Shown one piece after another: positions 1 through 13,402 of a DNA stretch of 64,000 bases (positions are counted from its first letter, which is position 1; the number at the start of each line of letters is the position of its first letter). The notes below the pieces were generated by a model. That model had not been told where the DNA came from. It was given only the letters and a program-made list of their open reading frames with translations, and searched no databases. The DNA comes from an uncultured Chloroflexia bacterium (GTDB lineage: Bacteria; Chloroflexota; UBA6077; JACCZL01): assembly GCA_963765765.1 (NCBI GenBank), contig CAVXYC010000027.1, positions 160,001-224,000 on the forward strand, in the 5' to 3' direction. The position numbers and the translations under genes are program-made.

Positions 1-515
1 AACTTTCGTCCCACTAGGCGGTTTGCTTCCGCCACGTAACAACCGTCCACGTGACGAATCTTTGCCCCCATTGCCTCGAAGCCGCGGACGTCCACGTTGA
101 CCGGTCGCTCACCGATGGCACAGCCGCCCGGATGAGGCGATTCAGCATGACCAACTCGGGCTAGAAGGGGGCCCAGGACGAGGAAGGAAGCCCGCATACG
201 CCTCGCGAGAAGATCGGGAGATCGGGTCTCGGTAATCCGTTCCGCGCGAATGGCTACCTCATGGGGACCGAGGAATCGAATCTCAGCGCCCAGTCCATCC
301 ATGACTCCGGCCATCGTGTGAATGTCTTCGATGTTCGGAATATTGGAGAGGATGCACCAGTCCGGCGTTAGAAGGCAGGCGGCCATCATTGGCAACGCCG
401 CGTTCTTCGCGCCGCCAATCTGGACTGTTCCACGTAGGGGATGTCTGCCTTCTATTCGAAGGCGAACTGGCCGAGCCGGACGACTGCTGTCGGCCTCGCT
501 CGGCTGGACAATCAT
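1..515 (-). CDS. murA: UDP-N-acetylglucosamine 1-carboxyvinyltransferase (5' part, runs off window start)
   Basis: Manual translation MIVQPS...IEGRHPLRGTVQIGGAKNAALPMMAACLL...RMRASFLVLGPLLAR...PGGCAIGERPVNVD shows the MurA motifs GAKNA, MRAS and PGGC. ATG overlaps the atpC stop (ATGA). Confidence 0.95.
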   Translation of the reverse strand, partial: MIVQPSEADSSRPARPVRLRIEGRHPLRGTVQIGGAKNAALPMMAACLLTPDWCILSNIPNIEDIHTMAGVMDGLGAEIRFLGPHEVAIRAERITETRSPDLLARRMRASFLVLGPLLARVGHAESPHPGGCAIGERPVNVDVRGFEAMGAKIRHVDGCYVAEANRLVGRK

Positions 516-943
516 GAGCCCGGCATCCGGCGGCGGCGGCGCACAACCGTCAGCCGCGCCATTGAGCGGCTCAGGGCAACTCGTGCAGCCTGAATCTGAA
601 TTGTCGTTCCGCCCCGCGTGGCCTCTTGCAGAGCAGCGGCGGCGCTGTCCCTGGCTTCCTGGGCTCGTGTCTCGTCGATCTCGTCTTCACGCTCGGCAGT
701 GTCTGCCAATACCAGGACCCTGTCGCGATTTACCTGGAGAAAACCGCCGCCCACGGCCATCTCCGACTCCTGGCCGTTCTTCTTGATCCGCAGTACGCCC
801 GGGCTCAGCAGCGTAAGCAGCGCGGCGTGCTTCGGGAGAATACCGATCGTCCCCTCGCTCCCAGGAGCCACCACCATGTCCACATCGTCTTCGGCCAGGA
901 GCTGTCGCTCCGCCGTAACGATCTCAACGCGCAACTTCGCCAT
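512..943 (-). CDS. atpC: F1Fo ATP synthase epsilon subunit
   Basis: MAKLRVEIVTAER...GILPKHAALLT...GGFLQV; GGAGG SD before ATG at 943. Confidence 0.96.
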   Translation of the reverse strand: MAKLRVEIVTAERQLLAEDDVDMVVAPGSEGTIGILPKHAALLTLLSPGVLRIKKNGQESEMAVGGGFLQVNRDRVLVLADTAEREDEIDETRAQEARDSAAAALQEATRGGTTIQIQAARVALSRSMARLTVVRRRRRMPGS

Positions 944-1056
944 CCATCCTCCGTCCAAAGCCCCGTCTACCGTGCGAAATGAGCATACAGGCTTCAGAAA
1001 TCAGCGAGCAACGCTTAAGAAGTTGCTCAGTATCTCCGGTTCGCCGCCCAGCCGCC

Positions 1057-1521
1057 TCATACGTCACTGGTGCTTTCGATAAATGATTGAAGATTGTGTA
1101 TCGACCTGTCGAAATCCTGCTCAATGCGGTCTCGAGCACCGAATGCGTTGAACAGCATGCCGACGGGCCCACTCGGCCGCTCAAACGCCAACTCGGCATG
1201 TAGCACGGTCTCGGACGGCGTTACAGCCTCCAGCCGCGAATCGGACCGACTCTTGAAGCCAGGCCCCATAACGGTTTCGATGACGATACGAGATGGAGAC
1301 TCCAACACCGCGCATCGACCTCGCGCCTCCCACGACCGACCCAGAGCGTCAACATTGGACAGGGTCTCCGACCCAACTCGAATCTCTCCAGGCGTGAGCA
1401 CTCTGACGGAGCGAACTCCAACAAGCCATTTCGTCGTTTGTTCAGGCGATGAGAGGACGCCGAAGACTCGTTCGATTGGAGCCGCGATTGTCACCGTCCG
1501 ATTGACGCGCTCAATAGACAT
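1057..1521 (-). CDS. SRPBCC (START/polyketide cyclase-like) family protein
   Basis: TVTIAAPIERVFGVLSSPEQTTKWL N-terminal signature; C-terminal helix LQSFIES. Confidence 0.8.
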   Translation of the reverse strand: MSIERVNRTVTIAAPIERVFGVLSSPEQTTKWLVGVRSVRVLTPGEIRVGSETLSNVDALGRSWEARGRCAVLESPSRIVIETVMGPGFKSRSDSRLEAVTPSETVLHAELAFERPSGPVGMLFNAFGARDRIEQDFDRSIHNLQSFIESTSDV

Positions 1522-1539
1522 CTAGTTGAACCAGTCACG

Positions 1540-1563
1540 AAAAAGGGCCGCTGCGGCGGCCCT
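1540..1563 (-). terminator. Intrinsic terminator
   Basis: GGGCCGC-4nt-GCGGCCC stem followed by TTTTT on the minus strand. Confidence 0.8.
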
Positions 1564-1583
1564 CATCTCAGATCGTTGAGAAA

Positions 1584-1718
1584 TTACGCGTCGGGCATGT
1601 CCGGGTTGACGTCGTCCGGAATATCCACACCCTCTTCGGCAGTCTCTTCGCCGTTCATCTTTGCGTCGTCGTCAGCTTCGTCGAAGTACGCTTCCACTAG
1701 ACCAAATGCCTGTGTCAT
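1584..1718 (-). CDS. Small acidic hypothetical protein (44 aa)
   Basis: MTQAFGLVEAYFDEADDDAKMNGEETAEEGVDIPDDVNPDMPDA; GGAG SD upstream, terminator downstream; below the ORF-track cutoff. Confidence 0.65.
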   Translation of the reverse strand: MTQAFGLVEAYFDEADDDAKMNGEETAEEGVDIPDDVNPDMPDA

Positions 1719-1766
1719 GTTCCAATGCTCCGTTCGTTCGCGAGCTTAACGGCTCGCACCGACACC

Positions 1767-1809
1767 ACTCTACCATCACAAGTAGAGAATGTATGTCAAA
1801 TTCGTGACA
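1767..1809 (-). promoter_or_regulatory. Putative promoter (extended -10 TGgTAGAGT) with TGTCA-N6-TGACA operator-like palindrome
   Basis: Minus-strand TAGAGT at 1767-1772 with TG upstream; perfect inverted repeat at 1794-1809. Confidence 0.4.
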
Positions 1810-1815
1810 ATCCGG

Positions 1816-3327
<1,512 letters not shown>

Positions 3328-3334
3328 CTAAGCT

Positions 3335-4210
3335 CTAGCGCGCCGACGCCGCCATTGCTTCTGCCGCCGAGGCAATCTCGGTGACTTCGCGGGTGATCGC
3401 CGCCTGGCGAGCCTTGTTATAGGTAAGGGTGAGCGAGTCTACAATCTCAGTGGCGTTATCTGTGGCATTGCGCATAGCAATCATGCGCGCGCTTTGCTCA
3501 CTGGCCTGGGTCTCGAGCAACGCCTGGTAGACCTGAACCTCAACGAATCGAGGCAGCAGCTCTTCCAGGATAGCGCTCGGGTCTGGCTCGAAGATGTAGT
3601 CCACTGGCTTGGTGTCGCCCGCCCCCGGCGGCTGAAGCGGCAGGAGCTGGTCCACCTGCGGCCGTTGCGTAAGTGTGTTTACGAACTTGGGATACACGAG
3701 GTAGCAACGATCCATGACGCCCGCGTTGTAGCTATCCAGGATCACTCGCGCGATCGGGATGATGTCGTCATATGATGGCGAGTCCGTGATCCCCGTGAAC
3801 GTACCAAGAAGCTCATGCCCCCTGCGAGCCATGAAGTCCTGGCCCTTGCGGCCAACCGTCAAGAGCTCAACAGGATGCGTTTGCTCCAGAATCACTTCCG
3901 AGCTGCGGCGGATCACATTGGTATTGAGACCGCCGCACAGGCCACGATTGGTTGTGAAGAGCACGATCCCAACCGTGTCGATGGGGCGCTGGACGAGGAG
4001 CGGATGAAGCTCGGCCCCGGCGTTAGAGCCGACGGACGCCGCAAGCCCCTCGATGAGCGACCGCATCGTTTCTGAGTACGGTCTAGCGGACGTGACGCGC
4101 TGTTGAGCACGTCGCATCCGCGACGCTGCCACCATTTCCATCGCCTTGGTAATTTGCGACGTATTCTTGATTGACCGAATTCGTCGGCGTATGTCACGAA
4201 GACTAGGCAT
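3335..4210 (-). CDS. atpG: F1 ATP synthase gamma subunit
   Basis: QITKAMEMVAAS, RGLCG, RQAAITRE. Confidence 0.99.
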   Translation of the reverse strand: MPSLRDIRRRIRSIKNTSQITKAMEMVAASRMRRAQQRVTSARPYSETMRSLIEGLAASVGSNAGAELHPLLVQRPIDTVGIVLFTTNRGLCGGLNTNVIRRSSEVILEQTHPVELLTVGRKGQDFMARRGHELLGTFTGITDSPSYDDIIPIARVILDSYNAGVMDRCYLVYPKFVNTLTQRPQVDQLLPLQPPGAGDTKPVDYIFEPDPSAILEELLPRFVEVQVYQALLETQASEQSARMIAMRNATDNATEIVDSLTLTYNKARQAAITREVTEIASAAEAMAASAR

Positions 4211-4233
4211 GCATTCGACTCCTCATCATTGCT

Positions 4234-5763
<1,530 letters not shown>

Positions 5764-5797
5764 TCTGTCCTCTGCCTCCTGTTCGCGCAGCCAGGCC

Positions 5798-6337
5798 TTA
5801 GGCCGACTGCACTAGCGCTGCGCGCAGTCGATCGAGCCGGCCCCTAACGCTTCCGTCGAGCACCTGGTCACCAACGCGAGCAACGAGACCGCCGATAATA
5901 TTTGGATCAACACGAGTCTCGATCACCACCTGGCGACCGAGATGCTGGGCTAGCCGTGCGGCGACTTCGTCTCGCTCGGACGCTTCGAGCGGCTCCGAGG
6001 TCGTGACCTCGACAACCTGAACTCCTCGATGCTCGTTCAGCAACGCCCGAAACGTGGCGAGGATGTCAGGAAGCACACCAAGCCGGTCCTGCCGGACCAG
6101 GAGCACCAGAAAGTTTCGAACTCGCGATTCCATTTCGGGAAATGTGGCTAGAATCAGCTCTTCCTTGCGTTCGCGAGGTACTACTGGACTCGTGAAAGCT
6201 CGATTGAGCGCGGGATCCGCTAGAATGGCCGCGACAGCAGCGAGCTGCTCCTCCCAGTCGTCAAGAGAGCCGCTGCTTCTCGCTACTTCGAACGCGGCTT
6301 CCGCGTACCGCCGCGCACGACCCGAGACCAGTGCCAT
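5798..6337 (-). CDS. atpH: ATP synthase delta subunit
   Basis: ARRYAEA...[22 protein letters not shown]. Confidence 0.97.
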   Translation of the reverse strand: MALVSGRARRYAEAAFEVARSSGSLDDWEEQLAAVAAILADPALNRAFTSPVVPRERKEELILATFPEMESRVRNFLVLLVRQDRLGVLPDILATFRALLNEHRGVQVVEVTTSEPLEASERDEVAARLAQHLGRQVVIETRVDPNIIGGLVARVGDQVLDGSVRGRLDRLRAALVQSA

Positions 6338-6349
6338 TGCTCGGGCCCC

Positions 6350-6865
6350 TTACCGCACCCCGCCATTAGAGACGGGCAGCTCTGCGAGAAATTCTTCAAC
6401 GATTCGGCGATTGGTCTGATGATCGAGATTCGCTCGAATTACTCGCTCCGCCGCGAGAATGCTCAATTCCGCCACTTCCTGGCGAAGCTCTGACATCGCT
6501 TGATTACGCTCCGCGGTGGCCTCGGCCTGTGCCCGCTCGACGATCCGGCGAGCCTCTTCCTGCGCGACTTGCCGTGCTTCCGCCTTTACCTGCTCAGCCA
6601 TGGTCGTAGCCTGTGTGAGCATAGCCTGCACTTGCCGCCGGGCTTCGTCCATCTGAGCGAGTCGCTCCTGCTCATCCCGCTCTGATTGAGCGCGGATCTG
6701 CTCGGCACGCTCCATGCTCTCTCGAACCCGTTCCGCACGGTCGTCGAGAATCTTGACGATTGGCTTGTACAGGATCCTGCTCAGCAGGAACAGCAGAACC
6801 AGGAAGTTCGCGGTATGCCAGAGGAAACCTTGGAGATTGATCCCCAGCGTTTCTAGAACTTGCAT
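6350..6865 (-). CDS. atpF: Fo subunit b
   Basis: N-terminal TM (NFLVLLFLL..LYKPI) plus long coiled coil; operon position. Confidence 0.96.
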   Translation of the reverse strand: MQVLETLGINLQGFLWHTANFLVLLFLLSRILYKPIVKILDDRAERVRESMERAEQIRAQSERDEQERLAQMDEARRQVQAMLTQATTMAEQVKAEARQVAQEEARRIVERAQAEATAERNQAMSELRQEVAELSILAAERVIRANLDHQTNRRIVEEFLAELPVSNGGVR

Positions 6866-6920
6866 AGTTCATTGTCGGCGCGCCCCGTGTTACGTGATCT
6901 TGGGGCGCGCCTACGACAAT

Positions 6921-7172
<252 letters not shown>

Positions 7173-7175
7173 CTA

Positions 7176-7922
7176 TCAATGATGGTGCTCATCGCCGGCC
7201 GCATCATGACCGTGTGCGGTGGCGATGGAAAGAAACGCGAGCGTAAGCATGGCAAAAATGAGCGCCTGAATCATGCCCACGAAGACTTCGAGCCCGAGGA
7301 ACACGAACAAGACATACGGCGCGATGCCAAGCATCGTCTTGAGGAGCACTTCACCGGCGAAGATGTTCCCAAAGAGCCTGAGGGAAAGCGAGACCGGTCG
7401 ACTGAGCTCCGTCAGAATATGGAGCGGATTTGGCACCACAAACTCTTTCAGGTACCCGCCGATGCCCATGCTCCTGATTCCCCAAAACTGGACGGTAAAA
7501 AATACGATGATCGCCATGGCGGCAGTGAGGTTCAAATCACTGTTCGGGGAGCGGAACCAATTGATGTTCCCAAAGATCGGAAGCGTCCCAAGCCAGTTGC
7601 ACATCAATATAAAGAGGAATGCCGTGACCACGAGCGGCAAGAACTTCCTGCCGCGCGCGCCGGCCACCTGTTCAATGATGCCCATCCAGGCTTCGACGAT
7701 GAGCTCAACCAGGTTCTGAAACCCAGAAGGAATCAGTTTCAGATTACGGGTGACCGACCATGCCAAAATGACAAGGACGGCCATGACGCACCAGGCAGAA
7801 AAGACTGTATCCGACACCGGAATGCCCGCGATCGCGAAGATATTCGTGGTCTCCGGACCGACATGTTCCCCGTGCTCGGCTGCAGCTTCCTGGGCGAGCA
7901 GAGCCAGAAAGTTTAGCTTCAC
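7176..7922 (-). CDS. atpB: Fo subunit a
   Basis: SLSLRLFGNIFAGE, IQALIF. Confidence 0.97.
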   Translation of the reverse strand: MKLNFLALLAQEAAAEHGEHVGPETTNIFAIAGIPVSDTVFSAWCVMAVLVILAWSVTRNLKLIPSGFQNLVELIVEAWMGIIEQVAGARGRKFLPLVVTAFLFILMCNWLGTLPIFGNINWFRSPNSDLNLTAAMAIIVFFTVQFWGIRSMGIGGYLKEFVVPNPLHILTELSRPVSLSLRLFGNIFAGEVLLKTMLGIAPYVLFVFLGLEVFVGMIQALIFAMLTLAFLSIATAHGHDAAGDEHHH

Positions 7923-8173
7923 TTCTCCCGTTCCCCGTTGACTTGCCGGGCATTCCGGCGATTGAGCGCACCCATAACCTGAATCGTACTTGCGATGGCG
8001 GAAATGAGACCGGCAAATACGCCCAGAAGCGTGAACACTGGAATAGTATTGAAACCGAGCCGGGTGTCAACTGCGTTACCCAGAAAGATACCCAGCCCTA
8101 CCGCCACCGCAAGGGTGACACCGAACTGGGTTGCGACAGCAATTGCCTGCCAGGCATTCAAGCTGGGCTGCAC
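7919..8173 (-). CDS. AtpZ/AtpI family 2-TM protein
   Basis: GTG start with AGAGG SD; GIFLGNAVDTRLG...FTLLGVFAG; first gene of the atp operon, overlaps atpB. Confidence 0.8.
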   Translation of the reverse strand: MQPSLNAWQAIAVATQFGVTLAVAVGLGIFLGNAVDTRLGFNTIPVFTLLGVFAGLISAIASTIQVMGALNRRNARQVNGEREK

Positions 8174-8364
8174 AAACACCTCTTTGCGGCGCTGGCAGGG
8201 CCAGTATATCATCGGGCATTCAGGGCGGCAAATGAGCGTACGGGCATACCGACGGCCGGCCCCGGAGCAGATTCTGCTCCGCCCATCCATGTTCCACCGA
8301 TTGAGCTCAGTCCCTCAGTCCCATTGTAGGGTCTGAATTTCATGTACGCCCCAGGAGGCAAACT

Positions 8365-10660
8365 ATGACGGCTGGCGCTGTAGGCGACCAGATCATTGGG
8401 TCCCGAGTACGCCGCGTGGACGCCGCGGAGAAGCTCACCGGACTCTCCCGATTCTCCGCGGATCTCAATCTTCCGGGTATGCTCTTCGCTCGATTGGCAT
8501 TGAGCCCGTACGCACACGCACGCATCAACGGCTTCGATACCAGTGAGACGCTCGCCCTGCCCGGGCGTTGTGGCAGTAGTCACCGCGGAGGACCTGGAAG
8601 CCGTTATCAAGGTGGAGCCGAGCTCTCGCGCTCGGGCCATGCTGGCTCACGGAGAGGCGCGCTACTGCGGCGAGCCGGTCGCTGTCGTCCTTGCCGAAAG
8701 TGAAGCCGCTGCCGAAGATGGGGTTACGCGCCTGATCGTCGATTACGAGGAGCTTCCGGCGATCATCGATCCAATCCAGGCCCTGGATCCGAGTTCCCCG
8801 ATGGTCTGGCCCGATGGCTTCCTGGAGGACGAGGGAGAAGGCGCGGCGCACGGCCTCGCAGGCGGTGGGCCTAGCGCGGACGCAAAAGCGACGAATATCT
8901 CGTCAACCGCGAATATGGATCGCGGGGACGTGGACGCCGGGTTTGCCGAGGCAGACGTCACAGTTGAGCGGACCTATCGCATCCCAATCGTTCACCAGGG
9001 CTATATCGAGCCGCATGCGTCGGTCGCAGCCGTCGATTCCACGGGTCGAATCACCGTCTGGACAATGACGCAGGGCATCTGGCGCGTCATGGAAGAGACG
9101 GCCGCTACGCTCGGACTTGCAAGTCACCAGCTCAAGGTTGTCCCGATGCCGGTGGGCGGTGGATTCGGTGGGAAAACGGTCTTGCTGGAGCCGTTGGCAG
9201 CGGCTCTCGCAATGACACAGAAGCGACCAGTCCAGGTAGCTCTGACACGGATTGATGAGTTTCTGACGACCACGCCATCGCCACAAGCCGTCATCAAGGT
9301 GAAGCTTGGCGCCAAGAAAGATGGCACCCTTACGGCCCTGGACTCTGAGGTCGTCTTCGACGCAGGAATGTTCCCCGGGTCACCCATGGCCAATGGATGC
9401 TTGATGGTTGGCGCCTATTACCAGGTACCCAATCTTCGTATTCGCGGCTTTGAAGTGGTGACGAACAAGTCGCCGCAAGGCGCCTACCGTGCACCTGGAG
9501 CGGTGCAGGGTACGTATGCCATCGAGTCAGCCATTGAAGAGCTCGCACGAAAGCTTGATGTCGACCCTATCGGAATCCGGCTCAAGAACGTTTCGATGCC
9601 CGGTGACCCTTTGCCAAATGGTGCCAAGTGGGCACACATGGGCCTGAAGCAGGTGCTGGAGGCGCTCCAGGAGCATCCCGCCTGGAAGAATCGGACCAAA
9701 GAGCCCAACGTGGGCTATGGAGTAGCCGTGGGCGGATGGATGGGCGGCGCCGGCCCTGGGGCGGCAACGACGCGGCTCGAATCCGATGGGACGCTCTCGG
9801 TAATCGTGGGCTCGGTCGATATTTCGGGGACCAATACCGGCATTGCGCTTATCGCCGCCGAGGCCTTCGGCATTCCGTTTGAAAAGGTTCGCGTCGTGAA
9901 CGCGGATTCCGACACGGCCCCATTCTCAGGCATGGCGGGCGGTAGCAAAATCACGCTGACAATCGGTTCGGCGGTCTCGGACGCCTCTGCTGATGCGCGC
10001 CGGCAAGTATTGGCCATTGCTGCCGATCAATTAGAAGCGTCGCCCGAAGACCTGAACATCGTGAACGATCACGTCGAAGTTCGCGGAGCACCGGAGCGCA
10101 CGATCAGCCTCAGCAAACTGGCCAGCATGACAATGTCCATGTCGGCCAAATACCCACCCGTGCAAGGCCGAGGTACCGTCGCAATTACCGCCCGAAACCC
10201 AGGGATCGCCGCTCATCTGGCCACGGTGCGCGTGGACCCAGATACCAGGGTTCCGCGTGTCATCAGTTACGTCGCTGTCCAGGACGTTGGCAAGATCATC
10301 AACCCCTCGGGAATCGAGGACCAGATTCACGGTGGTGTGGCGCAAGGTATCGGCCGCGCTCTCTATGAGGACATGGTGTACGACGAAGATGGCCGGTTAC
10401 TCGCCGGCAGTCTGCTCGACTACACTCTGCCGAACTCGCACCAGATTCCCAACATCGATGTCGTCATGGTCGAGAACCCCGGTCAGGCGGCAGGAGTGGC
10501 ATTTGGTCTGCGGGGTGTGGGCGAGCCGCCCATCGTGCCGGTAGCAGCCGCAGTAGCAAACGCCGTGGCTGACGCATCCGGCTTCCGCGTCACCGAGCTA
10601 CCCGTAACGGCCGAGCGTGTGTTCAGAGCTTCTGAAGACGGAGTGCGCGAGGCCCAATAG
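8365..10660 (+). CDS. Xanthine dehydrogenase family molybdopterin-binding subunit (frameshift near 8563)
   Basis: IGSRVRRVDAAEKLTG...SPYAHARI joins VVAVVTAEDL; VGGGFGGK, AYRAPG, GVGEP. Confidence 0.9.
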
Positions 10661-10678
10661 CGTCTAGTCTAGTTCCTG

Positions 10679-10730
10679 GCCTGGATGAGGGTGAGGAAGT
10701 GATTGATTGCTCACTCACCATCATCCAGGC
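10679..10730. terminator. Hairpin between convergent genes
   Basis: GCCTGGATGA-GGTGAG ... CTCACC-TCATCCAGGC inverted repeat. Confidence 0.55.
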
Positions 10731-10731
10731 A

Positions 10732-12211
10732 TCAAGCGTTTGCGGCTTTCAGCTCGCCGCTCCGACGTGGTCGCCAGGAAACTGCTCGCCTTATCACATC
10801 GTCCACCAACGGGCTTGCCCCAATGGTGAACACCAATAGGGGGAGCAACCGCGTTCCAAAGCGAACCGCGGTCTCCTCACGCAGGGCCAGATCCGTGCGA
10901 CCTGCCAGCAGGAAAGCGTAAAGAGCGATCACGTAGACCGTCGCGTTCATGAGTAGAGCCGCTGAGAGATACAGGCTCGGTGGGCGATCTGGCAGCCCGA
11001 GCGGTATGAGAAGGATCGCCAGGAGCATCACGTAGCCGTAGGTCTGGTTGTACTCGGGAAAAACAAAGCTCACGACCCTGACGAGCGTATTCAGATCAAT
11101 CGATCCGCGAGAGATCGCGGCGAAGACCATTTCCCCGAAGCCGCCGCCAAGATACGTGTCCCGACTGAGAGCGGCTCCCCAAAACATGCTCTTGAAGATC
11201 ACCCAAGGCGAAAAGGCGATGACGAGGCCAGCAACGGCGACGATCATCATCGTCGCGGCCTTCCATTGCCGGATCGTTAAGAGCGCAACGACGCCGAACA
11301 ATCCCAGGTTCATCAGCCCGAAGCTCAGTCCGTCGGGTCTCACAAGACCGGCCACGCCAAGAAGCAGCCCGGCGACCAGCGATAGCTGCACATCGCGGCG
11401 CTTCAATGCTGAAGCCGCGGTGAGCACCCCCAACCCGCCATAGGTTATGAGCGGAAAGTCGATGAGTGATTCCGTGCCACCCCAGAACATGAGAAGGCCT
11501 GCAATGAGCGTGAACAAGACACTCGTCGTAGCGGAGGCGAAGTCGCGAAGGCGGGCATGAAAGAGCGCTAGGAACGAAGCGAACATCGCCCAGCTCACGA
11601 GATGGTTGGGCGATGGATCGTCCGATCCGGTGAGCTCGTACAACCACGTCCGGCTCGAGGGGTACGAATGGGGGATATGTGCGAACGTCCTGCGTCAGCA
11701 TGCCCGACTCTCGCGTCACGCCGCCTTCATGGAAGAAGATCTTTGCCGCCAACATATGATGGCTGAGCTCATCCCAGCGCAACGTGGGTTGATACGTCGC
11801 GACGGCAAGATTCACCACCACAACAATTCCAATCGCGACCTTGAGCAGCCGGCTTAGTACAACGGAGCACAGCGATTGGTCGGCACTCGATGGGGGTGGC
11901 TCAGGCGAAGGCATCGACTCCGGGTGTGCGCCCTGCTGTTTCCTTCGCAGGATCACCAGGGGAACGATCGGCGCGCAAGCAATGAGAGCCGAGATGACAA
12001 ATAGCGGTGCCCGAGCGTAGCGCTGCCCGCTAAGCTGCCAACCGAGCATTGTCGCCACAATGAGAGCCAATCCCAGGAGATAGCCAAGGGCCAGCCGCTC
12101 TATTAGACGCGATCTCGGACGAATCAGTGTTGCCCAACCGAACCCGACGATGGCTGTCCAGCCAACCACCAACATGGCCAGCGTCCAGCTTCCGATTACC
12201 GAGCCGCTCAC
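10732..12211 (-). CDS. Polytopic membrane protein, GT-C/ArnT-like (frameshift near 11650)
   Basis: Joins ORFs 11096-12211 and 10732-11643; RWDELSHH, YPP and RPDG motifs with many TM helices. Confidence 0.6.
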
Positions 12212-13218
12212 CGGGTTCCATCCTCACGACTAATCTCAATGAGCCCCGTGTCCGGATACACAGCGTCCACGCCTGGGGTGAACAGCAAACGAGCTTCGAA
12301 CCGAATTCGGCCCGGAAGTACCCCGCCCTTCCCTGCATCTGCGCTCTCCTGGAACCGACGGACGACATCCTGGATCCGCAGCGTGTGGAGCTTCTCCTCA
12401 CGATCCGCGAATAGCGGCTCAGCAATGAGCGCGGACGCTCCCGACTGGGCCGGCTCGAGTGTAAGAAGCACCCCCGGATCGCGCAACGTGTAGTCGAGCT
12501 CCATATCGATTCGTTGACCCACTCGAGCCTCCAAATCGATCGGCATGCGCCAGACATCGAATTCCGTGGGCTCTCGATACTGAAAATCGAAGACCTCGCC
12601 CACGCCGTACGGACCGTCGACTACTTCATGAGCGCGCGACGTGCGCGTAGCCCGCCCCCCCGTGCGCCGCGCCATCTGCGAGGTCGCATTGGCGTATTCT
12701 ACGGACGCTGTCACAACACCATGCTCGTCCAGCACACGCAGGCCGTAGATCGTCAGGCGAACGTCACGATTCCCCTTGAGAGGTTGCACTGTCTCGTCTG
12801 AGATCCGTCCCGATGCAAATGTGCTCCGCGAGCCGGGAACCAAGAATGACGGCGCGCCATCGGCGGTCACCACATGTGTCGCTCTGGAGCTTGGTGTGAT
12901 GAAGTCAGCCGACATGACCGTTCGTGGGTAGAGAAAGTACCCGGCCAATGAGCGGCGCTCGATGAAGAAGCCAGTCCTTCCTCCCGTGGGGAACATGATG
13001 ACGGCATCCTCGGGGGTGCGTGCATCAATGAATCGCATGAAGCGCGAGAACTCATTCCAGCGGTAATCCACCCTGGCGTCATACGACTGGAACGGATTCG
13101 CCACCATGCGCTGGATGGTCGGGAGGTTCTCTCCAAGAAAGGACCTCACCGAGGCTCCCAGGAGCAGCACGATCAGGAAGCCAGCCGACGCGAGACGGGC
13201 TCGGCGAAGAAGAGTCAC
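12208..13218 (-). CDS. Membrane-anchored hypothetical protein
   Basis: 336-aa ORF with N-terminal TM, FIDARTPEDA and YFLYPR; stop overlaps the next start. Confidence 0.65.
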   Translation of the reverse strand: MTLLRRARLASAGFLIVLLLGASVRSFLGENLPTIQRMVANPFQSYDARVDYRWNEFSRFMRFIDARTPEDAVIMFPTGGRTGFFIERRSLAGYFLYPRTVMSADFITPSSRATHVVTADGAPSFLVPGSRSTFASGRISDETVQPLKGNRDVRLTIYGLRVLDEHGVVTASVEYANATSQMARRTGGRATRTSRAHEVVDGPYGVGEVFDFQYREPTEFDVWRMPIDLEARVGQRIDMELDYTLRDPGVLLTLEPAQSGASALIAEPLFADREEKLHTLRIQDVVRRFQESADAGKGGVLPGRIRFEARLLFTPGVDAVYPDTGLIEISREDGTR

Positions 13219-13269
13219 GATTGCTGCAACGCTCCTGAGTCCGTCAGTCCTCGAATTAGTGTAGACAGT

Positions 13270-13303
13270 CCGGTGGGACAGGCGTCTCTCCCTGTCCCAC
13301 CGG
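13270..13303. repeat. REP-like palindrome / terminator downstream of acnA
   Basis: CCGGTGGGACAGG-8nt-CCTGTCCCACCGG perfect 13-bp stem. Confidence 0.6.
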
Positions 13304-13402
13304 AATCCCTCAGCGTCACCGATATGAAAGACCTCCTCTCAATCGCTGAAAGGAGGTCGCTATCGAAAAACCTTCGATCAACTGGGCCAGACTGACCGAA
13401 GC

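Noticed and set aside
8365-10660. Aerobic CO dehydrogenase CoxL
   Set aside because: Active-site loop is AYRAPG, not AYRCSFR; no coxMS nearby.
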